NCBI GenBank assembly: GCA_025201805.1
Contig: MU619301.1
Span: 1 to 39,950, forward strand
Length of the DNA stretch: 39,950 nt
Source of the DNA: Parasitella parasitica NRRL 2501
Taxonomy: Eukaryota > Fungi > Mucoromycota
Reading direction: 5' to 3'
Part shown: piece after piece, positions 10,602 through 22,013 of the stretch
Layout of the letters: each line of letters opens with the position of its first letter
Position numbering within the stretch: position 1 is the first letter of the stretch
Notes under the pieces: model-generated
Seen by the model: only the letters and a program-made list of their open reading frames with translations
The model's database searches: none
Told to the model about the DNA's origin: nothing
Position numbers and translations under genes: made by a program

Positions 10602-11398
10602 ATTAAAATTTCTTAAAAGATCATAAGTATATTTTCGGCCCTAAATGTTTATCCCGTAACTCGATAACTTTTTATTTAAGCAGTGATTTTTGCTTTTTAA
10701 GCCCTGGGACTGCGAACTAACTTGCTAACTACCTAATCATTTTACAAAAGTCAGATATATATCTGCTATATGTATATGATAAGACACTTTATAAGAAGAT
10801 ATTATAGCAATAAAGGCCTGTAAACTGTTTTATACAGAAATATTAAGACAACAAACTGAAAAAATTACAAACGAAAAGCGGCAGTATCATACCTATACAC
10901 AATGGTAATTAGCTATATGCATTATGCGATAGAAAGAATAACAGCTTACCATCATTAAACCTATACAAGGTAGGAGAAATCTACGATAGAAATACCACAG
11001 CGAGTAAAATTTAGCACATAAAATATTAACACGCACGGAATACAAATCAGACTTGCTGTACCTTCATAAAAAGAGCCCCATCTGTGTGTTGATGACAGTT
11101 GATAGTATCTAATATTTGTAAGAAAACTGATATTTGAGAGAAAAAATAAAAAAGAGATCCAAAATGTACACATATTTATAGTTTTCAAATTAGTGACAAA
11201 GTCGAAGCAACGGGGATATCCGTAAGTATTTGGTGTGGTTGTTGTACAAATTTTGTGATTGAAATGGTGATTAGTGATTACTGAAGTTTGCTTGCCATTT
11301 TCCAAATACAGCAAATTTATTTACTGAGATAAACATACAATATGAGCTCGCAGGTGCCAAAATTGAATAACATTTATTATAAATGAAAAAAAAAAACA

Positions 11399-12610
11399 CT
11401 AATTTGCCCGCCTTCTACCTCTTCCTGCTACTCTGTAAGAGTCTCCTTCATCATCCAAACTACGTCTTCTTCTTCTAGTAATGTCGCTGCGCGGAATAGG
11501 AGGAGGTATAGAAAAAGCGGCAGCATCCAAAGATGATTCATTTGAGTGGGCATCCTCTATAATACCTACCTGTAGAGGCATACCACTCTCCTCATCTCGG
11601 GACAAACTAACATCGCCAAATCCAAAATCAGAAAGGATAGTTTCGACTGAAGCATTTTCGTTGCTCTCCTCAGTACTTTGGTTCGATCGTGTACCCTCTT
11701 CTTCTGGTTGAGAGGAGGACAAGTTTGCCATCCTCGAAGCCTGTTAACAAGACAAAGAAGGTTATGAGTCATGTTATTATTTATTTTGGATGTTCAATCT
11801 TACCGTGTGGGAAGGAGCCTTGGCTTTGGCCTGATTCCTAACCTGCACTGCAATCAGATGAGAAGCAGCCCAACCTTTAGGAGCCAGGCCCAATGGCAGA
11901 AAATCTTCTGTTCCAAGAAGATGCTCAAGAAGATGCTCCACAATGTACACAACTTCTTCTCTTGCACGCTTGCTAAGATCACTCCACCTGAACCCATGAG
12001 CGTCACAGCTAAATCTTGTTTGGACAAACAAGCCGATAAATTGATACGTGGCCTGATACCTGCGGTTGAGGTCATTTTGCACCAGACCCTCAATTTCTTC
12101 ATCCGACAGCTTATTCTCAGGATCGTAGAGAACATTTTTGAGCAACCAGGGCTTACACATAGCAAGGATGGCTTCTTTTCTGGCCTCTTTATCAAGACGA
12201 TTTGCAGCCGTTATGTTTTTTCTTGAAAGCTGGGGGCTTCTAGTCCTAACTGTATCATTTGCCTTGTTGTAGATTTCTGATACCCTTGCCTCATCACTAA
12301 TTAGCTGACGGAAATATGAAAACCTTCTTGATTCTTCTTCCGCAAGAGTATCTTATAAATAATATTATTCCATAAGATTAATGCACTGAAATTTATGAAG
12401 TCACTTAAATCATGTTTACTTACCAGATACTGCAGAAGACGTAGAATTTAGGGAGACTCTGCCGTAACTTCTTGAGTTATACATTTCAGTTACCATTGCC
12501 TTGAGTGCCTGCAATTCAGAGAGGATTGCATCGAATTTGAAATCGGTTATAAAATCATTGAAAGTGCTGTTGTTGTTCATGTTGTTCATGTTGTTCATGT
12601 TGCCAGACAT
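11399..12610 (-). CDS. hypothetical ~358 aa protein, probable transposon accessory gene; exons 12610-12424, 12351-11804, 11740-11399
   Basis: Two GT-AG introns join three ORF pieces in frame without stops. Helical core RWSDLSKRAREEVVYIVE...GWAASHLI; acidic tail ending in Arg-rich NLS-like stretches. Confidence 0.75.
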
Positions 12611-12932
12611 TGGAAGATTTTTATATGCGTTGATAAGACGATTTATGCTAGCCTTAGAAAGATCATTCCCTTTATATACATATTTTCAGTTGACTTACTT
12701 GCTTTGAAAAAACAATCGAATAGATTATGGCTAATATTATACAGTTTCTATAGGTTCTTGATAAAGTACCAATCATCATAGTTTGGTTGAGGTGGCAAAC
12801 TTGATGATACCTGTAAGGATGGATGGGTACTATTGCCAATGAAAAAGCCTNNNNNNNNNNAAAGAAGCAAGTAGATAGACAAGGGTTAAATGTGAGTGAG
12901 GGTGAGAATGTATATAAATAAATGAGGCAAGA

Positions 12933-14062
12933 CTAATTTGATTTCTTGTTTTTCAGCGCACCTCTTTTCTCTGCTTCCTTTATTGACATTTCAGTACCCA
13001 GCAACTTGTCCCAAAAGGTAAAGAAAGGCTGCGAAAAGTTCCTCTTGATACCAAATGCTTGATGGTGGATGTCATGGCTATACAAAGGGCGTTTAGCACA
13101 CAGACGCCATTGAAAATCACTGCCTTATTTCCATGCCAAAACAAACACAAACACATGCATATGAATGTCAACTTACTATTGTACATTATTTCCAAATAAA
13201 AACTGTAATGGGTCCCATGGAAGCGCATAGCCACAATGATCATCCACTAAATAAAGACAGATTAGTGCACAGCTATTATTTTTTTTTTTTTGTTTTCGCT
13301 TGAAAATGAACCAAACCTGTCTTTAGCGTAGAAAAAGTGAAGAACACGACAGTTAATCTGGGAGACATTTTCGTTATTTCCATGGCAATTGTAGCACCAA
13401 GCGAATCCAACAAAAACCCTTCCACTGGATGGTTATAAAGCGCACCAAAGGCATAAGGCACATACAGACGATGATGGTGTGAATGCACATGTTTGTACAA
13501 GAATTTGTTGACGTGGAATAAGCGGTGGAAAAAGTACTGATGAGCGTCCATGATGATCCTACACAATGTTGGCCAAATTGATCGTACACACAGTGCAAGA
13601 CAAAACTTACATGCCACACACAAACTGAATCGCAGGAATGGCAGCCCAGTACACAGCTTTTGCCAAATGACGAGAAAGACCCAATCGATGTGTACCGGAT
13701 AAAAACAATCCGGTCCACCATCTCATAGCGTTTTCTTGTTCAATCGCACTCGATACAGGGTCCATAGGATGTAGAACGAGCACGCCAAGCACGACTTGGA
13801 TGATTTGCTGAAGAGCCACCATGCTCAGCACTCTTGGCAGACTTACCTTGTTTCTCTTTTCCATGTCTCCCAACGTATGGATTCTGTGTTGTTCAAAATA
13901 GGGGATTTCCAATTTCATGACAAAATGCCAAAATGTCGAGTAGATCCAGTAAGCAGCGATGGGCAGCCACAACGCAAGGATTTCATCTGACCAGAGATCC
14001 TTGGTTGCAAACGTATTTAATCCACTTGTAAAGAAGTTGGATAAGCTGGATGTTGCGTTCAT
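12933..14062 (-). CDS. SUR2: sphingolipid C4-hydroxylase (fatty acid hydroxylase family), 4 exons
   Basis: His boxes HRLFH, HSHHH and YHDIHH; LYVPYAFGALYNHPVEGFLLD, DDHCGYALPWDP and NFSQPFFTFWD. Confidence 0.92.
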
Positions 14063-14472
14063 GTCTTTTTTTTTTTTTTTGTGGTGTAAGTGTATCTGTA
14101 GCCTCTATTGAAATTGGTAGCGCACGATGCCTGGAAAATATGTTTGGCGTGAGCTATATGTCCTTTATATATGAATTTCGCTGGTAATAAAAAAAAGAAA
14201 AAAAAAAGGAGGAGATGAAAAATAAAGAAGAGAGAGAGAGAGAGAGAGAAAGCTTGATTCTTTGAAGGGGGGGGTGGTGGTGCACTACAGTTTACTTTAA
14301 ATAACCGCAACGTCGAGTTTTAATGAAACCTGGTGCTGATTGCCATTGGGAGGGATTAGCATTTATATTTTCACAAACAAGAAAGAACCCTCTTTTCTTT
14401 TCTTTCCAATTCTCCTTGCAAACAAGCTGGACCTCTCCCCCCCCCCACACGCACACACACACGCACACACAC

Positions 14473-16086
14473 ATGGACGATGACACTATTGAATACTTTT
14501 TTGACAATATAGAGAGCTTCTATGCTGGTATATGTGACTAGATCGCTCCCATTTGACCCAGCACCTCACATTTCGTTGTCATGTAGAACTAGACGATGTG
14601 CTGAACAGGCCGTACACAACCGAGCAAGACGCAAAGCGAGTGACAACACAATATGTGCGATTCCTAGTGCGATATCAACGTAAGCTACACACTACAGTAG
14701 AGACCGCCGCATGATAGTAACTCTTTGTCATAGAGGAATTTCTCAAGACCTCTGTCGAATTCGCTCAAGTGGCATACAAGCTGATTGACTCCAAACTATG
14801 TCTAGATTTTAGCACAGTTGTGCTAGCTCACATCTTGAACCACCATGCACTTGTCTCGCAAGACAAAACTGAGCTCCTTGTCTCCTATTCGCTTTTGCTC
14901 TATGCAGGAAAGGATGAGCCTAGATGGATGGATTTCATCCTGCTCGAGTCTATTCACCTAAAGAAGAACCGGCTCTTTTGCAAAATAATGACCGAAGTTC
15001 GACTTGGTTTCTATGATTGCTACAAAATGCTAAGCGCTTCGTTTGCGCTCTGCTTTGAAATGTGTAAACTAGCAAAACTGGAGAAGGAGGATCTCGGTAT
15101 GTGATGTGCCAGGCCGCAAAAAAAAAGGCTTGCATCTTTACTAACAAGCATACAGGTTTACTGGATACATCACTAGTAAACCTCTTTTTGGATCTGGTAG
15201 AGGAAACACGTGGTGATGCTGAAGAGTCTTTCAATTATGATGTCATTCGCTTGATATTGGTGCTGAATGAACAGTACATGATGTCTGGCAAGAGCGAGAA
15301 CCTGGTGCTGGATGTGCTGTCTCAACGGTTTGGGACGTCAGATACATTCAGTGCTAATTTAATGTTCATGTTGAACAGATCTAGTAAGTACCGCAACCGT
15401 GTAGGGAGCAATCAAGAACAGCGACTAATGCCTCCTCCTAATTTCCCTTTCTTGCATTGTAGACGATACTTGTGTGCGAATGCTGATACTCAAGCTGCTG
15501 TACGGCATATTCACAAGGCCGCTGTTGTATGAATACTTTTACACCAACGATCTGTATGTTTTGGTAGACATTACATTGAGAGAATTATGTGATTTGAGTG
15601 ATACAAAGGAATCACAGACTGTATGTACTTTTTTTTTTTTTTTTTCCTATTTCCACATTCAACATTGACGACATCAATTAATCCTAAATATAGCTCCGTG
15701 ATGCATATCTGCGAGTGCTAGAACCGTTGCTAGAAAATACGCAGCTTCGACAACGTCCATATAAAAAACATGAAACTTACAAAATACTGCGAGGTTTACT
15801 GAATCCTGGGATGCAGAGAAAAGTGAACTCTACCACAAAGAGACTAGTAAAGCGAATCATAGAGGACTGGTGGGAGAAGCTATGTGGATTACAAGTCAGT
15901 TATTGCCTGGATACCGGAAGCTCGCCTAATTTGTCGCACACATCCACTCTGTCGTCCTGCTCATCAGGCCCAACTACGCCTGCGGATGATCTTGGGGTGG
16001 ACGAAATATCTGCCATAGTGACTCGAAAGGAAGTAAACAAAAAGATTCAGCACGATACAAACAATCCAGACATCGTTGTTGTGTAA
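14473..16086 (+). CDS. LDB17: SPIN90/Ldb17/Dip1-like Arp2/3 activator, multi-exon
   Basis: LILVLNEQYM, NLMFMLNR and LILKLLYGIFT...YFYTNDLYVLVDITLREL typical of the SPIN90/Ldb17 domain; GT-AG introns link the ORFs. Confidence 0.85.
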
Positions 16087-16482
16087 ATAAATCAAATACC
16101 ACAAACATTGAACCATTTGTTGCTTTACTCTATGGTGGTGTGGCACTATTCAAACTCCTGGGCCTGTCGTGCTATTGCAATGAACAAAGGCCATTATTCT
16201 GCTTTATACATGTATATTTTTTTTATTCATTCATATCGTTGGAATACAATGTGTTTGGATGGGGCACTCTTCAAGCCGAATCACCATGGCAAAAAAAAAC
16301 GATGTGTGGTGCTAATGCGCGTGGTGGTGATCCAAAATAGAGCCCCCCCCCCCACCTTGCCACGCCTAATTTTGTCGTGCACACTCGGTCGCCACTCACT
16401 GTTAGGAAACATTCTCCTATAGGCTTCTCGTCCTTCTTTTTCTTTCTTTCTTTTTTTTTCTTTTTTTTGTTCACTTGTCAGC

Positions 16483-17161
16483 ATGACTACCACTGCAGCT
16501 AAAAAGAGGCAGCAGCAGCAGCAGCCAAAGACCTCGCTTTTAAGCCAAGGATTAATCGGATTGACGTGGATAATACTATTCTTCTTTCTGGGCTCCTATC
16601 TGATTACGGAATCCTGGACTTGGGGATATCGTGGCAAATGGACGAATATCAATACGTACATCCCGGTAAGCGCCGTTTGCTAAAACACAAGCACATTGCC
16701 GACTCGGCCTGATAAACTCAACGTGGTAGCGCAAAGAAAGGATCTTTACAGAGCAAGAGTTGCGCCAATACGATGGGACTGACCCCACAAAGCCAATCTA
16801 CTTGGCTATCGAGTAAGTAGGGTTTTAGGTGTGTGCAAAATGAATGTACCCACTTATGGTTTATAGTGGCGATGTATACGATGTCAGCCTTGGCGGAGGA
16901 TGGTATGGAAAGGGCGGCAGCTACCACCATTTTGCTGGTGTAGATGCAGCCAGAGCCTATGTGACAGGGTGCTTTCAGGATCATCTCACACACGACACAA
17001 GAGGACTCAGCAATGAGCAATTGAAGGGCATTGCTCATTGGAAAAAGTTTTACGACAGGCACCACAAGTACCACAGGATCGGACGTGTTTTGCATGAACC
17101 CATTCCAGACAATGTGCCTATACCTAAACCTTGCAAAACCGCTGTTGACCAAAAGCCGTAA
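16483..17161 (+). CDS. cytochrome b5-like heme/steroid-binding protein (MAPR, neuferricin-like), 3 exons
   Basis: N-terminal TM helix; FTEQELRQYDGTDPTKPIYLAI, GDVYDVS..YGKGGSYHHFAGVDAARAYVTGCF and LTHDTRGL. Confidence 0.9.
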
Positions 17162-17359
17162 AGCCAACACGTGAACCGATTGGTGTTGGGTTTAATTCAA
17201 GGGGAAAATAACAATAGTATATAAAGGCTTCCGTTTTTATTTTTATATTTGCTTCTTGTTTATTTTAATCAACATTCTTTTTGCTGTTGATTTTTTTTTC
17301 CTTGTTGGTTGTTGTTGTTTTGTTGGGTACTTTTTTGCTTGTACATACATCCGTAAACT

Positions 17360-18764
17360 ATGCCCACTACGATGATGACGATGATGATAAATGATAATCA
17401 TGCCAATGTAGCCAGCGTTGCCAGTGTTGATTGTGTTGTCGCACCATCTGTCAATCACAACAACAACGACAAACTGGTCCAACAGCTCTTGAAAAAGCTG
17501 GATGAGGTAAAATGAGGCAAAAAGAAACCCCCCCCCCACCCTCCTCAAGCAAAATGCTCAACCAAAACGATGCTCATCTCCTATTTTTTGTTTTTTTTTT
17601 TTTTTATTTGTTTATAGGGTTCAGAAACGATGCTAAATTTACGTTCGCTGCTGACGCTAAAGACTGCGGAATTGAACCAGCTTGTACATCAATTGGAATT
17701 GATTGACCAGGTGCTGACAAACGTGGAAAACGGGACAGAGCAGATTGAAACTGTGCTGAAGAATGTGCTCTCCAGCAAAAACCAGCAGCACAAACTAGCG
17801 GATGCAGAGGCGACTCTGGATACGGCCATCAAATCTGCCATAGACCTATACTCGGTAAACAACAAACAATCGTCTCCTATAAAAACCGTGTCGATCTTGA
17901 GCAAGATTGCAGGCATCCTGGATGAACTAAACATTGGATCCTCCCTCGATTCATATAAAAATGGCAAGTTAATTTGCATATGATGCTTCAACTCTATCAG
18001 GCAGCTAAATTATCGCATTAAAATCAGATGATATCAAGGTGCTACACAAGGCGTATATGGATCTCGATTTGGCAAAATCTATTGCTATTTCCATAAAGAC
18101 TGACTTTAAACATAGAAGCACATTGCTGAAGAAGAGGCTCCCGTCATCTATAGACAAGATCAAGCAGGTACGATCAATTGCACATTCACAACAAGCCTTG
18201 ATTAAAATATTCTTATTTGTCAAACAGCTTGGTAGCAACATCAGAAAACAGGTCCGGAATTATCAATCCTACACCAGAAATGCGCCTTTTATGTATGGCA
18301 AGGAAGACATTATTACCATATTAGACCGCGAGGATCATGCTATATCCTCAAGAAAACCGGTAATTTACGCAAGATAGATCTTGTCCAGCTACATTTGTTG
18401 ACTATTTTTTTTTTTACTCGTTCAGACGCACTGTAATACACCCAACAGACAGCAACAACAACAACAGACTGAGAAGTCGACTCGCACTTCTCGTTCATCA
18501 ACAAATACAGCAGCAAGCAAACGCCAATCATGCTCACTATCATCACCCATCCAATTAAAATCAAAGTCGGCTACAAACACTCCTAAATCTACATTGCAAA
18601 TGATATCTAGGCCTACACTCACTTTTATGGCTAAATGTAGAGAGAAAAAAGTAGTGAACAATGGGCCTGGCTCTACGTTAAGATTGCGTAATATGCTAGC
18701 CAAACGAAACCCAACATTGAAAATGATGAATGAACAAATGGTGATGGGTAGCACAGTGTGCTAG
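17360..18764 (+). CDS. hypothetical coiled-coil protein, multi-exon
   Basis: Spliceable chain of ORFs (17630.., 18039..) with heptad-like segments; last exon ends GPGSTLRLRNMLAKRN...VC*. Confidence 0.65.
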
Positions 18765-18830
18765 TTGGCATTGGAGCACCACCTTTATAACAATCCCTTT
18801 CCTCTCCTTTTTATTATACACATCTGCTTT

Positions 18831-18832
<2 letters not shown>

Positions 18833-18922
<90 letters not shown>

Positions 18923-18950
18923 NNNNNNNNNNTTTCTATTTTTTTTTTTT
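18833..18950. repeat. long poly(T) tract interrupted by a gap
   Basis: About 90 T, then N, then more T; true length uncertain. Confidence 0.9.
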
Positions 18951-19150
18951 CTTTATTTTCTTTATTTTTATTATTTTTATTATTGTCTAAAACACATATT
19001 GTATCAATTCTCCTTTTTAGATATTTACAGATACATATTTTATTCAATTAATTCTTGCAATTACTTTTGTCCCTTTTTCTTTTTTTCTCTTTTCTTTTTT
19101 TTGTTTTCCTTCCACTCTTTTTGGCCAATTATACAATTAAAAAGAAAGAC

Positions 19151-20879
19151 ATGCCTACAACAACGAAAAGTAATACGAATGCTAGCAAATTCAGTCATGA
19201 ATCTACAGTTCGAAAATCTCGATCTGAGATGACTTCAAAGCAACATTTGAATAGCAACAATAAGCAAATGCTATCTGCCAAACGAAGATCATTGGGATCC
19301 AGCTCCATCAAATCGACACAGACTGCAGCAAGTCATCAGGTAAGTCAAAGTTCACGTAATGCAGCATTATCTCTGAAAAAAAAAGCCCCTCAGCCAAAAA
19401 CACACTGGAGATCGCCTGGCCATTGTGAAATACCAAACATTTTGGGGAATGCTTATTTAGAGCCATTCACCATATCCAATCGTCAATTGAAACAAATTAA
19501 TCAATTAAACCATCAGCATCAGCATCAAGACCAGCACCACCACCAGCAGCAGCAGCATGAAAGCAGCCCTAAAAGAGTATGTTGAATTGTTTATTTTTTT
19601 TTTAAAAAGGGAGTTTGTTCTAATCTCATTTAAACATAACAAAAAAGCCTCCTTGGGTTCCTGTTGGTTATAATTGGACACCTTCTCCATTACCACCCGT
19701 TGTTCGAACCGATGAAACTGCATTCGAAAAAAGACTGAAAAAGGCTTTGCCAAAGATCCACTTGGTAACGATGCCAAAGTCCAGATACATTGTATCCAAA
19801 GAGATTGGCACAGGGTGAGTAGCAAGATATTCTACGGCTATACAAAAAAAAAAAAAAAGGGCTACTCATTTTTATCCTGCGAATATAGTGTCAATGGAGC
19901 TGTGGTGCAGGTGCAAGTGAAAAATTCCAATAACAATCAATTCTCCAAGTTAGCATTGAAACGTTGTAAATTGGACAGTGATCGAGAATATCGCACTGCA
20001 ATAGTGCGTGAACTTCGTATCATGTCCAGTGGTCATTCCAATTTAATCAAGCTACGTGAGACTTCTGTTTTTAGAAATGAAGTCTGGATTGCTATGGATC
20101 TGATGCGTTGTAGTGTGTTTGCTGTACTGTGCGCAAGAGGCTTGCCTGAAGAGTGTGCCATCTATATTGCTCGTGAGGTAAGAGGCGCATTGATTGTCTT
20201 TTGAGCATTTTGTTTATATAAAAATTCGTCTTTTTAGACACTCAATGCATTGAGCTTTTTGCATGCAAAAGGTTTCATTCACCGTGATGTCAAGTGCGAG
20301 AATTTGCTCGTTGGCCCAAATGGCGAGATCAAGCTAGGTGCGTTGCATTTTAATATAGATGAATTCTGACGTATTAACGCTGTACATGTGAATATAGCTG
20401 ATTTTGGGTTAGCTACAAACACAAAGCACATTAACCGTGAAAGACTGGGAACAGCCAAGGTGAGTTATTTTGATGGGAGGAGGTCTGGGCGACTAAAAAT
20501 AACATATGTGTATAAAACTTTACAGTGGATGGCCCCTGAAGTTATTAGAGAGTCAGCCTATGATGAAAAGGTTGATCTATGGTCATTGGGAATCACTCTG
20601 ATTGAAATGATGGATCGAGTACCTCCTCATTACAATATCAAGAGTGATGAAAAGGTGTTTAACAAAATTCTAGAAGATCCTAGCCCTACTTTTACCTACT
20701 CGTACCCTACAATCTACTGTACGGGTCTCGTTGCATGGCTCTTGGAAGATGATCCGGCCAACCGTCCAACAGCCAAGGATGTCATTACTGAATTGGATTT
20801 GCATCTCGAACAAGGCTTGTTGAAAACTACCACTGCTCAGGAACTGACCAACTTTATTGTCAAGACAATGAAACCATAA
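19151..20879 (+). CDS. STE20/PAK-like Ser/Thr protein kinase, multi-exon
   Basis: After splicing: IGTGVNGAV, LALK, EVWIAMDLM, IHRDVKCENLL, ADFG, WMAPEVI and KVDLWSLGITLIEM. No CRIB motif seen. Confidence 0.88.
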
Positions 20880-20957
20880 TAATACACTTGCCCTTTTTAT
20901 ATAATGAATTAATACACGATTTTTTTTTTTTTTTATCTAGCTACCATACTATCGCTA

Positions 20958-21754
20958 TTAAAGCCTTCTTAATGCCTTTTTTTTATCGTTACTCTTCACT
21001 TTTGATTTCTTAGTTTGCGGCTGCTCTTTAATATTTTCTTGTTGTTCTTGGGGTCTTTTTTTGCTCGGGACGCTGGGAGATGCAGGAGTTGTGTTTGACA
21101 ATGGCTTCAAAACACCTGAGCGATCTTGGCTCAGCGCGATAAAATCGCTTTTCCCCGAGGTTGCTTGGATCGATGTGTACAATCTCGCTCTTTTTGCATA
21201 ATCTTCGTATTGTTCCAGCAACAATCTCCCTGCCTCTTCGTTCAATGCAGACTCAGGATTAGGTACAATTAATAAGCATTTGATTGTCTAGGCCTGCAAT
21301 TCAATAAAGCGTGCTTGATTCGAGTCATCAGATAAAACCTCTTACCAACAAGACATGCTGAATGCCAAGCTCTGGTTTCCAATCTTTCTTGAGCGTATTC
21401 ACACAAATCTCCCCTTTCTCTGACACATTGGGATGGAATATCTTTGTCAGAAAGTAGCCTTTCGGCGGTGTGTCTGGAAAGCTTTCGTCCATTTGCAATT
21501 TAACTTTGAAATAGCCCCCTTCGTATGGTGTGCCGTCTACCATGCCCTCTGTCAGTCAACCCATAGCAGCCAAAAAACAAAAAAACAAAACGCCTCTCGT
21601 ATACAATACCTGGCCCACGGATCCATGCGTGAACCTCTGTCAAATTTTCATCCTCAGGAATAACCTGGATGTCCTCGGGTGGTGTTTGCTGCAATTGCTG
21701 TATCTCCTTTACAATCCGCTTGATAGCTTTGGATGTCAATGTTGCTGTAGCCAT
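20958..21754 (-). CDS. UBE2S: ubiquitin-conjugating enzyme E2 S, 3 exons
   Basis: [41 protein letters not shown] and the characteristic basic C-terminus KKKALRRL. Confidence 0.92.
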
Positions 21755-22013
21755 TTTGTTTGTAGCAAAAAAAAAAAAAAGAAGTTGAAAAAAAGAGATG
21801 ATGCCGAAAGCGTCACGTAATATATCCTAATCAGTGCCCTCTCTCACAGAGAAAAGGGCCCGCATTAACAGTTGCACATCGTTTTATGCAAAGGCGTAAA
21901 ACAATGATGCGCCCATCCTAATAAACAAAATACTGACAAGAATGTATAAATACACTATTATATTACATTTCACTCTTTATTAATTATTGTTTATTTGGCT
22001 CTACAAGATAATT

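Larger units (their letters stand above)
5550..12850 (-). mobile_element. Helitron (rolling-circle transposon), probably defective; 5' end not located
   Basis: RepHel gene present; candidate 3' end ...GACAGCTCG|T at 5550 follows a fold-back. Extension over the 11399-12610 gene to the gap at 12851 is inferred. Confidence 0.7.

Noticed and set aside
10961-11314. 117-aa minus-strand ORF between the two Helitron-region genes
   Set aside because: AT-rich, non-ATG start and no motif; probably UTR or intergenic.
14229-14472. (AG)n and (CA)n tracts in the SUR2/LDB17 divergent promoter
   Set aside because: Ordinary microsatellites with no evidence of function.
12933-17161. SUR2 plus cytochrome b5-like gene as a redox cluster
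   Set aside because: The b5-like protein is MAPR-type, not the canonical electron donor, and an unrelated gene lies between them.
18765-19232. Poly-Phe and poly-Lys ORFs
   Set aside because: Translation of a poly(T) tract and gap.
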